A DNA stretch of 63,769 nucleotides, filler included, from Octopus bimaculoides (GCF_001194135.2; 6 parts of 6 records of this genome joined end to end with filler, not necessarily neighbours in it), one strand, 5' to 3'. Shown: positions 37,241 to 50,066, counted from the whole stretch's first letter. Notes: a model not told the origin generated them from the letters alone. Numbers and translations are program-made.

Positions 37241-39862
37241 CTAACAACAAATTGACCGCCTGACCATTGGAACGCGTCCCTTTCTCAATAACATGAACAA
37301 GAGTCGCTCGAACTTAATCAAGCAATAACTGGGGCAAGGCTCGACGGTCAAACGATAACTGATAACGGAGGCGATGTAGGCATTCGCCACCTGTGCCCGA
37401 CCTATCAAGGACAGCTTCTTCTCAGCCATTTCTGAGTGAGACTGGCCGCCCTGTTCGTCACCTCGTCCCAGTACCATCCACTCTTGCCATTTTCGCAACT
37501 TTCACCCACCTTTTTCATAAATTCGCTCCAGGACAGTATCTCACTCTCCACCCTCACTTTTCTTTTCAAGTGAAACTTGAAAAAGTCTAGCACGTCCTCA
37601 CTGTAGGTGTACTTCTTCAGCAGTGTCACCACACACGCCGACTGACTTGGCGGTCAGGTCCAAACCAGACCCCGAGCAGTTTAACTAGTCCTTCGGTCCA
37701 GCGTCCGGCGGTATCGACCTGCCTCTCTAGATACCCAGTCGTAAGTCCTCTCGGCATTGATTTTAGCCACTGCAACTGTCTCATATTCTTCTAGAATGGA
37801 GCCGACCGTCTCCACTTCGGAGACGTCCGACATCATGACAGTGATGTCGTTTGCGTATGGAGACACTGCTCTTCCGAGTCCCAGTTCGAAAGGGATGCTC
37901 CTCAATTGTTCCAACTTTCGCAGCAGTGGCTCGAAAGCCAGCACGTATAGAAGAGATGACAGTGGACAGTCCTGACGGACCGAGCTGGTGATGGTAAATG
38001 GTTCCGACAGATGGCCATCTACTTTGACTAACAGGCCGGTGCCGCTGTGCAATGAATGTAGTGATCCAGCCTCTGAAAAAGGATCTGAAACCGACCGCTT
38101 TAAGGACAGCTTCCAGGTAGCGATGGTCAACCCTATCGAATTCTTTTGATTGACCGAAATTGATCAGGGCCCCACCAAAGCCAGTTTTAGTCTGAGCCCT
38201 CTCTATGATGTATCGCATAAGGTAGAGGTTTTCGTGGATAAACCTGTTCGGTATTGCACACGTTTGTGCTTCCCCTACTAGACTGCCAACGACAATCGCC
38301 AACCTTTCGTTAACACCTTGGCCAAAATCATAAACACCGTGTTTAGCAGAATTATGGGCCGAAAATTCCCTAACACGTCCCCACTGTAGGTGTACTTCTT
38401 CAGCAGTGTCACCACACCCCGACTAACAGCATTAGGAATTCTCCCGTTCTGTTGCCGGTTGCGGTAAAAATCTGACAAGAGGTCGCCAAACAAATCTGGC
38501 ATGAATACATAGAAGTCATAGGACAGACCATCTAAAGCTGGCGATTTGTGACTTGTACAATCGTTCATCGCCTCTCATATTTCAGTGGCCGTTATCGGCT
38601 TTCCGCAGAATCTCGCGTCCGTTGCTGAAAGCTGCGACAGGCCATCTAAATAAGAAATAAAGTCCGCCACCGTCGTTGACCCATCGCTCCCTTCAAATAG
38701 TTGCGTGAAGTGCTGCTGAAAAGCCGCATACATCTGCTCAGAATCATGTAGCACGCACCCGTCCCGATCCGTCGCGTCTCCATCGGACCATCGGACGGCT
38801 TTAGTTCCCTCAGGTTTTAGCGCACGGGACTCAGCTTTGACAATGCAAATTTCGTGTTTCGCCACAAAGAAATGGTCAAGATCCATTCTCGCCGCTAACA
38901 CGTCAGTCACGATGCTTTTACTAACCTCCTCTTCTAGCTTGCTAACTAGTTCTCCCTTTAACCTGTTTCATTATATTGCAAAATCTTCGCTGAACCCTAT
39001 CGATTCTGCTCTAATCGCCCTCCTCAGGGCTTTCCACCACCAGTTGTTAACGACTGCCCCCGTCAACTTCCCCTTATCTAGTTCGCTAACCAGGTCCCTG
39101 TAGTCCTTGCGCGCTGGAAATGACGCCTTCAACTTCTAGTAACCTGTCTACGCGGCCTATCTAAATCCATTGTGCAGATCACAAATTTGTGGTCTGTGTA
39201 GCTGACTAATTTGAATTGTTGACACCCTGTACTATTCTTATCCGCTGACCTAACAAATACTTTATCTAGATGGGATCTGGATGATCCATTGTGATTGCTC
39301 CATGTCCACGCTGGCATATCAGTAAAATACAATCGATACCTGTCAAAAAGCTGAGCAGATTTACGAGGGTTTTATACCCAATTCTTCTATATGCCAAACC
39401 CACACAATGCTTCCGTGCGCCCAAAATACTATTCCAGTCATCCACTAGTATTAAAATGCGAGACCTTCCCAGGAATGTTTCTAGACACCTGAAGAAATCT
39501 GGCTTCCCAGTCCTTGTCGGAGAATACACGGTTACCAATCTAAAGGTACCACCTTCACCGTCATTCACATCTAGGATCACCAACCTACCGTCCGGGTCCA
39601 AGAAGATTGCCCTTACTTTGAGACCTAAGGAGTTTCGGAATAACACTGCTACACCGTCGCCCGCTCCCGACAGACCATGAAAATACCTCGTAGTCTTCAA
39701 AAATGGTTGCATGAGCATGTTTCCCGGAAATTCTCTTCTTACTAATTGCTGCCACATCTAAAGTTCCGCAAAACCTTCTCCACTTATTGAAATATTTTTG
39801 TTATTAATTATTTCCTCAAGTTGATAAAGTAAGTACGAACCCGAGAGTATGACTGTTTGTCA
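37241..39862 (-). pseudogene. Disrupted ORF2 (APE + RT) of the Tx1-like LINE
   Basis: ORF pieces 39266-39757, 39129-39332, 38575-38910, 38278-38568, 37781-38302, 37681-38130, 37241-37498. Confidence 0.85.
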
Positions 39863-39920
39863 TTTTGTTTCTCGGGTATTTCTTTTTGTTTTCGTGCTTT
39901 TGTGGTTTATGAATGTGTTT

Positions 39921-41310
39921 CTAGAAATTAGTTATCTTGTGATGAAGATGTTGATGTTGGTGTTGATTTGTGTTTAAATTGGTGTTGTGGTGGCGGATTT
40001 TGATTTTTACCGTCATGTCTAAGGGTCTTAAATTTGGGCCGCTCTCTCTGCTTGATTCATAATCACTTTTTCTGTTATCTCCGACAAAAGCCTTTTGGTG
40101 CGATGTCAATGTGGACTTTGCTTTTGCGAGGCCTGAGTCGGAGGAAAGAGACAGATGTGAGGTAATAGTTTTCTCCCCACATTGAGGAGTTGGTAGTAAC
40201 GGTGGAGAGCTTTGAGCTTTCTCCACTGCGAGGCAAAAGGCCTTGAGGTGGTTCGAGTTACCTCACACAAAACACTTCTGTTTGTTTCCTTCTAGAGAAA
40301 CTGGCATCTGTTCGCATTTCCTAAAGGTGAAAAATTCGGGATGCGATTTATTTCCTATGGAGAAACTAGGAACTGGAATTCCATAACAATTCCAGTCTTG
40401 CCGAGTTGTGGAGTGGACTTCACCTCCACAATCTCCCCATGCTCCCCCAGAATGGCTAAAACCCTCGACCTGGCACGTTCTTGATTCGTATTCGAGTCAA
40501 CCTTTTACCCATGTAATGGAAAATCATTACAAAATCCTGGGACATGCAAGTTATAATAGTCATTCTTCTGGCTTCTGACTCACTGTTGCATATAGTAACT
40601 ACCATCTCATATCGTTTACCTTTCTGCATGTGTAGCACTGTGAGCCACACATCTTCGAGGCATTTTTCAGTCTCTGCCGGAGTAGGAAATCTAGGTTTCC
40701 TCTCCTTGCGAGAAACACATTTATAACCAATTGTTCGTCTTTCGGAGGTTTTTTTTCCTCCTCTTCAGTAAGGCACATAACACCTGGTTTCATAATGTCA
40801 CTCTTGTATTTCAGTGCCTTATTTTTAAAGTCATCCACTGAAAAAAATTGACCAATTGCTAACAGCTTTAGAAAAGGAAATAGCTTTGTTGAGGTTCATT
40901 GTTATTATTGATTATGTTGTTGTTGTTGGTGTCATCATTGTTGTTGTTTTTCAAACAGTTATCACTGTTGTTGTTTGCAATCTTGTTGTTCATGTTACTT
41001 TTCTTGATTTCGATCTTGTTCATCTTGTTGTTGGTGTTGTTGTTGATACAGTTGCTGTTATTATTATTGTTTCTGGTGTTTGTGATGGTGGTGATGGTGA
41101 TGGTGCTGCTCATTCTGTTCACATTGTTGCTGCTGCTGTAGCCATTGTCGTCATTACCGTTGCTGTTGGTACTTTTGCACTTGTTACTGTCGTCGTAGCA
41201 ACAAGAGGAAATTATACGTCTCTTTCGCGAGAAATTCCTTTTACCTTCGGCTGCGTTTGTTCTCGCTGCTCTTGGTCGGAGTCAGTTATTAATTTTTCGT
41301 AATCCAACAT
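39921..41310 (-). pseudogene. Disrupted ORF1 of the Tx1-like LINE with an (AAC)n-derived Thr/Asn-rich N-terminus
   Basis: Broken frames upstream of the endonuclease (e.g. LTRIRIKNVP); assigned by position. Confidence 0.55.
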
Positions 41311-41553
41311 TTTTTTGAAATTGGAAAAATTACTAAAATCCTGTCTTCACGAAAAATGCAAAAGTGCAAAACAATTAGTACACACGACAAAACGGGATGC
41401 AATTACACAAAATGTTACCACCACGATCCAGATAATGCAAGCAAATACTTGTTAAATAAATTTTGAATGAACGGAGTGCAACCAGCCGAAATGCTTGAGT
41501 AAACACTTACAAGTTACGGAGTTCCAACTTCTATGACGTCACAGGTTGACGCC

Positions 41554-41640
<87 letters not shown>

Positions 41641-41708
41641 AAGAAGAAGAAGAAGAAGAAGAAGAAGAAGAAAAAGAAGAAGAAGAAGAAGAATGATAAT
41701 AATAATAG
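41554..41708. repeat. Compound (AAT)n(AAG)n microsatellite
   Basis: Read directly from sequence. Confidence 0.98.
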
Positions 41709-41775
41709 TTTCATTTATTTGCCACAAGGGCCAATGATGAGGGGGACAATACAATGACATACATAACTCTTTAAT
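41702..41775 (-). mobile_element. Short LINE-like 3' end with AATAAA and (TTA)n tail
   Basis: Minus strand CCCTTGTGGCAAATAAATGAAAC followed by TATTATT.. Confidence 0.45.
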
Positions 41776-42391
41776 TTTAGGCAAAACAACAACAACAACA
41801 ATGCCAGAAAACTGTTCTTATCCATTGAAAATGTCTCTATAATATGTATATACGTATATTCGTACTGATGTGCGTGTGTGTATGTGTTTGTGTACGTGCG
41901 TGTGTGTGTGCGTGTGTGTGTGTGTGTGTGTTTGTGTACGTGGGTGTGTGTGTGTGTGTGTGTGTGTCTGTGTGTGCACATACGTGTGTGTGCATTCAGA
42001 AGAACCTGCAAGCGATTGCACAGACAGCAAAAGTCATTTTACCAGATCTTCTTCGATCGCGCATAAAATCTTTGTAGCAAGGCAATCCGCTTTCTGAGAA
42101 TATACGAAGACAGAATTTAATGTACTGAATTTGTCTTTCCTGAACTTACACATCCTACTCTCTTCAGGAAAGGGAACTCTAAATTGGATAATTTAGCCTG
42201 AGAATATGGTTGAAGAGATACTACAGTTTACCACTGTAGTATATACATGATGAGGGCTGAACCTGCGTTCAGCAACAACACATATGCACACATTCCTATA
42301 GCCTATGCACATTTACACACACGTTTGTGTATTTGTTTTGCAAGATTCAGAATGGACTAAACAGATCAAGAGGAGACACATGGGACGGAGA

Positions 42392-42434
42392 GTCGCTGAA
42401 GAGGTCACAGGACGTGTGACAAAATATTTCAGAC
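42392..42434 (+). ncRNA. Degenerate minimal hammerhead motif, G12A
   Basis: GTCG-CTGAAGA-G-GTCACA ggacg TGTGAC-AAAA-TATTT-C-AGAC; perfect 6-bp stem II; followed by (TAA)n. Confidence 0.55.
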
Positions 42435-42443
42435 AAAGGACAA

Positions 42444-42504
<61 letters not shown>

Positions 42505-42819
42505 TTGAAGTGCAAAACAAAATATATAGCGCGCGTGGTTAATTGGCAAAAAATATGACCATCCCCAAATACAACAAAAAAAANNNNNNNNNNNNNNNNN
42601 NNNNNNNNNNNNNNNNNNNNNNNNNNNNNNNNNNNNNNNNNNNNNNNNNNNNNNNNNNNNNNNNNNNNNNNNNNNNNNNNNNNNNNNNNNNNNNNNNNNN
42701 NNNNNNNNNNNNNNNNNNNNNNNNNNNNNNNNNNNNNNNNNNNNNNNNNNNNNNNNNNNNNNNNNNNNNNNNNNNNNNNNNNNNNNNNNNNNNNNNNNNN
42801 NNNNNNNNNNNNNNNNNNN

Positions 42820-42905
<86 letters not shown>

Positions 42906-43949
42906 TATAACAAATTCTGCCTATAGGTTATAACTATTAACGTGACTTGTTTTTGAGAAACATACTTATTCCGTTAATTAGTAACGTTCTTAAACACCTA
43001 CCTACCAAACAAAAACTGTTTTGTATCAGTTGAGAACTAGTCAGTACTACCAAATAAAGATTTTCTCAATGTAAGTTAGTCTACCTAAATGTTTGTGTAA
43101 TATTTAGCTCTTAATCTGAATAGGTGTGTCGACACATTTGTGTGTAACAGATGTACAGCGAAATCTATTGGAACAAACGTTCTGATGCGTTTATCAATGA
43201 TATTTTCGTGTGAATAACAATGTTCGGTTTTGTAGAAACCGTCATGATAGCTGTCATTTGTAAGTCGTCTTTTGTATCGTTAGCAACAACCTTTGCAGTT
43301 TCGGATTTCAGCCCCTATTTAAATGTCTAATATACATAAAGTACACGCAAGAGGAAAGTATGATTTATCTTTTCTTTCTTTCAGCATTCATATACTCATT
43401 TATGTTGAGTGAGTTGTAAGGAGGTGTAAGTTACTTTGCTCCCAGTCATAAGTATATTATTAGAGCGATAAAGTTAATGCAAATAGTATTGCGCCGGATT
43501 AGATGCTTTGCAATACCTAATTTTCTAACTTCACAATCCGTAATTGAAACCCTTACTTGGCCGGAAGAATAACGTTTCTTTCAGTTGCTTACTATAGTAT
43601 GTATAACACTAGTCTTATATTCAGTTGAAATAAATATGTTTGCTTTAGTCACCCGCATGGTCATTAGATTTGCTAAACGTAGTAATCAAATATTACTCAA
43701 ACTACATTATATTGTTATAAAGAAAAAACACGCACACACATTGAGTAGTGACGTCCTGGGTATATTTCATTAGGGGGAAAAAGAGCAAAGCAAGAAAGAT
43801 GGTTATGTTTGTAAGACCTTTGATCGTAGGGGTCTGTTAGGGTCAAAAGAAACTTTGGGTTTCAAAAAATAAACAACAAAGACACAGTAGCAGTAGTAAC
43901 AACGCTAACAACAACAATAGAAACAACAGCAGAAATAATAATAATCGTC

Positions 43950-44385
43950 TCTACGATAGGCGCTAAGACTGAAATGTTTTGGGGAGGAGACTCGTCAACC
44001 ACATCGACCCCTTGTACTTAATTTACCGACCCTGAAAGGATGAAGGGCAAAGTCGACCTCAGCAGAATTTGAACTCAGAATATGAGGACAGATGAAATAC
44101 CGCTATGCATTTTGTCCGGCGTGCTAACGATTCTGCCAGCTCCCCGCCTTAGTAGCAATAATATAATCTTTTCTACTATAGGCACAGGGCTTTACATTTT
44201 GCAGGGGAAGGCGGAAGGAACTAGTCGATTACACCGACCTCAGTGTTTCACTAGTACTTAATTTATCGACCCCGAAAGGATGAAAGGGAAAATAAACGTC
44301 GGCGGAATTTGAACTCGTGAAGACAGACGAAATACCGCTAAGTATTTCGCCCGGCGCGCTAACGATTCTGCCAACTCGCGCTTTA
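43950..44385 (-). mobile_element. SINE family B head-to-tail pair
   Basis: Two full copies (43950-44150 and 44168-44385). Confidence 0.85.
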
Positions 44386-44865
44386 GTAAGCAATTATAAT
44401 TATGGCACTAACAATAATAAAGAAAAAAAAAACAATAGCTAAAACAACAACAATAACAACAACAACAATCGCACCTCAAAGAATAACACAAAGACAACAA
44501 CAAGAAGAGGAAAATAATCGGCATGTTAAAGGGAGCGAGATTGTTTCAATATATTTACAGCAACAATGCTCTTAAGATATCGCTAAAAATCTTCTTCTAC
44601 TTACTCCCCACCATCTATAAATTTGTGGTTTTATGTCTAACGTTATATGATATGTTCTCTTTGCTCTGTCTAGGGTCGTCGTATTTATAAATGATTCCTG
44701 TGTACAGATATTTCTTTTATAGATGCGCCTGATTCAGCGTGTGTGCGTGTGTGCATGTGCATGCGAGCGCGCCTGTTTGCATGTATGTATATAAATATAT
44801 CCATATATATATATGCGTGCGCACACACGTATATATGCGTGTGTGTGTGTGTATTACATATATAT

Positions 44866-44906
<41 letters not shown>

Positions 44907-44919
44907 CATAAAGATACGG

Positions 44920-45084
44920 TTAGGCATAGGAGTGGCTGTGTGGTAAGAAGCTTGCTTACCAACCACATGGTTCCGGGTTCAGTCCCACTGCGTGGCTGCT
45001 TGGGCAAGTGTCTTCTACTATAGCCTCGGGCCGACCAAAGCCTTGTGAGTGGATTTGGTAGACGGAAACTGAAAGAAGCCCGTC

Positions 45085-45123
<39 letters not shown>

Positions 45124-45190
45124 TGTGTGTGTATATGTTTGTGTGTCTGTGTTTGTCGCCCCAACATCGCTTGACAACCGATGCTGGGGT
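44920..45190 (+). mobile_element. SINE family A, CpG-intact, 3'-truncated
   Basis: GGAGTGGCTGTGTGGTAAG..GAAGCCCGTCGTATAT. Confidence 0.9.
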
Positions 45191-45724
45191 GTAGTGGTGT
45201 AGTGGTGTAGTGGTGTTCTGTACTATTGTGTAATCATATGATTTTTATTGTAATACTCCGGACAGACTCACTACTCTTATGGCAGTAATGCACTGCTAGT
45301 GGCAACGTATATACTGCAACCAAAACCGTTAAAAATTTCTGACTGTATGAGCTGGGTGTGGTGGACAGCCGGGGATGGACAAAGGCGCGGTGAGTGAAGT
45401 ACGATAATTCTACTAAATGCAGAGTTAAAGATTCTGATCATGGTGCTAACAAAGAGATTAGTAGTTATCATTGGCAACATTGTGGTAAACCGCAGACCTG
45501 TGCGATTCCCGGACAGTTCTATTCATAATAACATCATACTTACACAATGAAATACGAAGGAAAATATTTGTAACTATATTTTTAGTTGGACTTTGATAGA
45601 ATTTGATCAATCTAAAACCGTTGTCAGGTTGTAGGTAGTTGCTATGCAATGAAATCTTTCTGCGAAATTTACTCAATGGAACAGCAACTTATCGACGATA
45701 TTTCGAATCGTTTCAGAGTGCGCC

Positions 45725-45736
45725 GCCGCCATCTTG
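45725..45736 (-). promoter_or_regulatory. YY1-type motif CAAGATGGCGGC in a CpG-rich patch; candidate promoter/first exon (donor TGT|GTAAGT at 45544/45543)
   Basis: Exact motif match; YY1 sites typically lie just downstream of TSSs in animals. Confidence 0.45.
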
Positions 45737-47886
45737 GATGCGTTGGATCGATGAGGCGGCAACAGATGTCACTCATTAAAGGTTAAAGTGTTTGAGCTTT
45801 AGTCTGATTTCTATACATCAAGGCAATTAGAAACTTGTTACGAGCAAGAAAGCGTGTCTCACTCGGGAATAGGATGAGAGAAAGTTATTAATGAATGATC
45901 AGATGAAAATAGAAAATATTTGATTGAAACATTTCAATGAATTTACTGCTTCTTAAAAGGTTGTAAGGAAAATTTAGGAGTCGTCAATAGAGTGTTTTTT
46001 CCTAAAATCACATAATCTTTTAAAAGTGAAGCCAAATCACCCTCAAGCATATATTCCCATTTCCTTTAGCCACCTCCCAAAAAAAGAATGACGTTAGACA
46101 ATGTAGCATTAGATATCTGTTGGAATACGTTAAAGCATATTTCCGTTTGATTAGATTTGACATAAGAATAAACAACAATATGGGCACAAAAAGCAGCAGT
46201 AGTAACAGCAATGCTGCCGCTGTTGTCTTTGTTGTAATATCCTCGGAAGATTGTAAGGTAAAGTTGATTTCATAGGAATTTAGACTTATAAAGAACGTAA
46301 TTAAATACTGTAAAGCATTTATTTGACATTCTGCTCTTCATTCCAATACATCACTTCCACTAATGGTATTTGATACAGATCGATTCTTCAGAGCCATAAT
46401 GAATATATTGAATCAAAGTGCTAAAAATATCTGAGCTGCTAAATCTTTCCCAGATCTCATTCTTCCGAACTGAAAGCAAAATGCAGGAAGCATTCATTAG
46501 ATAATCAAGCCCAAGCTAAACCATATTTGAATAAAAGACAGGATGGTAAACGTTTTTCATTAAGTCTGATTGATCTTAGCTGACTGCCCTAGAGCTAGAC
46601 AATAAATCTCGGTAACTGTAAATGGTAAAAGAACATCAATTAACAGCAATAAGTAGTGGCAACAACTACAATAGTGATTAAACCAATTCCAGTAGCCAGT
46701 TCTGGTTCTGAAGATAGATTGAGAGTGAAAGAAAGAAGGCGATGGGGGTAGGGAGAGGAGGAGGAAGGGAGAGTTTACCGTCCCCCCCCCCCCTGAAATG
46801 GTTTATCTATTTCCGTTTGAAACTAATTTACTTCAATTACATACTCTGATTGCCCAGCAGGAAAATATATATGACGTCATGACATCCCATTAACGACAGA
46901 AAGACATCATGCTTTTTCGGCCCGCAATNNNNNNNNNNNNNNNNNNNNNNNNNNNNNNNNNNNNNNNNNNNNNNNNNNNNNNNNNNNNNNNNNNNNNNNN
47001 NNNNNNNNNNNNNNNNNNNNNNNNNNNNNNNNNNNNNNNNNNNNNNNNNNNNNNNNNNNNNNNNNNNNNNNNNNNNNNNNNNNNNNNNNNNNNNNNNNNN
47101 NNNNNNNNNNNNNNNNNNNNNNNNNNNNNNNNNNNNNNNNNNNNNNNNNNNNNNNNNNNNNNNNNNNNNNNNNNNNNNNNNNNNNNNNNNNNNNNNNNNN
47201 NNNNNNNNNNNNNNNNNNNNNNNNNNNNNNNNNNNNNNNNNNNNNNNNNNNNNNNNNNNNNNNNNNNNNNNNNNNNNNNNNNNNNNNNNNNNNNNNNNNN
47301 NNNNNNNNNNNNNNNNNNNNNNNNNNNNNNNNNNNNNNNNNNNNNNNNNNNNNNNNNNNNNNNNNNNNNNNNNNNNNNNNNNNNNNNNNNNNNNNNNNNN
47401 NNNNNNNNNNNNNNNNNNNNNNNNNNNNNNNNNNNNNNNNNNNNNNNNNNNNNNNNNNNNNNNNNNNNNNNNNNNNNNNNNNNNNNNNNNNNNNNNNNNN
47501 NNNNNNNNNNNNNNNNNNNTGTGTGTGTGTGTGTGTGTGTTTGTGTGTGTGCGCGCGCGTGCGTGGAATATCCTTTCTTTTAGACATGTTATATGAAAGA
47601 TATGACTGTATTCGAATTCAAACATTCTGCATTCATGATTTTTCATATATCTCCATATGTGACCTTTATGGCAAATATTTAAATGTTTCAAGTCTTTGCT
47701 GGCCTCACCTTTTGAATAAAATGATTGCAGTGGCGTATTTTTTTAACTCATATAACCGTAATGTATAAACATTTTAATGTATGTATATGTGTTTATATAT
47801 ATTTATGTATATGTGTGTGTATATATAAAAGTATGTATATATGTATGTATTTATATTTATAACTTAACCTTATGAACTTTCTAAAC

Positions 47887-48008
47887 TCTCTGACGAAGCC
47901 CAGAGACACACCCAAGTACCTTAATCTTATCTACCAAATGCTTCAGTTCGCTGGAGGGATAAACGTAGAATGGGGTACTATGGCCTCTTGGCTGAAACAG
48001 CTGTAAGA
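47887..48008 (+). ncRNA. Type I hammerhead ribozyme with intact core and long stem II insertion
   Basis: TCT-CTGACGA (47890-96)-AGCCCAGAG..CTCTTGGCT-GAAA (47994-97)-CAGCTG-TA-AGA; palindromic stem III ACAGCTGT. Confidence 0.8.
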
Positions 48009-48400
48009 TATTATCCTACTTTCTATGATCTACGTCATATATTTTAATAATTACTGGTATTTTTTGTATTCTATATATTATTTATGTAAAGCATAATATG
48101 TTATACATGTATGTATATTGTTATAATTGTCTNNNNNNNNNNNNNNNNNNNNNNNNNNNNNNNNNNNNNNNNNNNNNNNNNNNNNNNNNNNNNNNNNNNN
48201 NNNNNNNNNNNNNNNNNNNNNNNNNNNNNNNNNNNNNNNNNNNNNNNNNNNNNNNNNNNNNNNNNNNNNNNNNNNNNNNNNNNNNNNNNNNNNNNNNNNN
48301 NNNNNNNNNNNNNNNNNNNNNNNNNNNNNNNNNNNNNNNNNNNNNNNNNNNNNNNNNNNNNNNNNNNNNNNNNNNNNNNNNNNNNNNNNNNNNNNNNNNN

Positions 48401-48447
<47 letters not shown>

Positions 48448-48983
48448 GTATGTGTTCTTCTCTGTAAATTTTAGAATGTAATATTTATTGAGCCACATTT
48501 ATGTGTCCCTGTAAATACATACATTTGAATCTGTATATGTTCTTATGCATATGTACTTTAGTGTGTGAGTGAAGTGTATGTATATATGTATGCATATATA
48601 TGTATGTTTATATATATATATGTGTGTGTGTGTGTGCGTTTATATATCTATCTATCTATCTATATAAATTAATGCACAATATATAGATTAAACGAATTCA
48701 GTGGTACTCACAAAGAAAGCTCTTTAGTGGATCAGGCTGAAACCTCATAGAAACCAAATCAAAGGGGTGTAGTGTGCAGTTGCAGACATAAATCCAATTA
48801 TTAATAATCATTTCATTAGGAGTGTATGAAATATAAAGAAAGAGCGGATATACGAGTTGAATATGCTTATTTATTTCATTAGTTGATGTCAATATGATTA
48901 CGATCGTTTCCTAGCCATCATCATAGAAAAATAATTTATTTTATTGCATAATAAATTATCTTACATATCTGTAGTATATGTTA

Positions 48984-49030
48984 TAAATTATATGTTATAA
49001 ATTATATGTTATAAATTATATGTTATAAAT
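48984..49030. repeat. 14-bp tandem repeat ATATGTTATAAATT, about 3-4 copies
   Basis: Read directly from sequence. Confidence 0.85.
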
Positions 49031-50028
49031 TGTATAGTACTATTGTACAATTTATAAGATGAAGCAAGCTTAATCACAACCATTTATCAACTCAATTTTT
49101 ACGTACAAAAGCAGAGTCATCTTTGAAATAACTATGTATGGAAGACAACAATTAATTAAGAATAATAAACATTTTTTTCACAGGAAGGAAGAGGGGGATT
49201 TAATATGATTTTAGAACGGAAACTGGTTTGTGGTGTTAGAAGAGAACATTTTATATAATATGAAATAGAGGTATGGTCATATATTTTACGTTAGTAATCT
49301 AGAAGTAAAACGAAGAGCAACAAAATGGAAGTAAAAAGAAATTAGGATGAGAAAAAGAAAGGCAGGGTAATAACAGCATTAGTATGGCAGATGAGAGAAT
49401 ATTGAACTATATATAAGGTAAACAAATAGGAATAATAATAGAATGTATTAGTCAAGATAGTGATTAGAAAAATGTTATTAATGGTATAAGACAGCTAGAT
49501 AAATAAAAATTGAGATATTTATAGATAATTTATAATTATTGTTACTATCGGAGTACGGTTAAATTTTAAAAGGTCACTATACGCTAGATCAGTCCTCAGC
49601 AACGGGTATACCTTTTATTATAAAATGCATCTACTTCTGTAAATATTTTCATGTTACGCTACACTTCCATCTGGTCGTATATATTTCTGATGATTTTGTT
49701 ATATTTCATCGTTAATACTATATAATTATATTCTATTTTTATCATGTTAGATTACGCCCCACCTTTTTTTTTTATTTAGGCTCCTTAACCGTCAAAATAT
49801 TTCATTTATCTTAGCAACGTTTAACTTTCTTTTTACATTTAGCCACCCACGTTCAAACCAATTTATAACTGCTTATTTGATTTCATTTTTCCTCTCTCAT
49901 TTTCCCATTCACCTTTTGTATCCTATCCATTGCAATTTGTCCTGGCCGTTTCTAATCATTTTCTTTTACTTCTAGATAATTTTACCACGTCATTTATAAT
50001 TCAGTCATTATATTCTACATACTTTTCA

Positions 50029-50066
<38 letters not shown>

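Larger units (their letters stand above)
37241..41553 (-). mobile_element. Tx1/L1-clade LINE with intact 5' end and degenerate ORF1/ORF2, 3' part scrambled and truncated
   Basis: APE motifs (GVAVLF, DWN, WTWSN..SHLDKVF) and RT motifs (KSPALDG, NFRPIILLN, DRVDH, VRQDCPLS, YAND for YADD). Confidence 0.9.

Noticed and set aside
40720-40772. Minus-strand CTGAAGA-GGAGG/CCTCC-GAAA hammerhead-like core
   Set aside because: Lies in LINE ORF1 coding sequence (EEEKKPPKDE); stems III and I cannot form convincingly.
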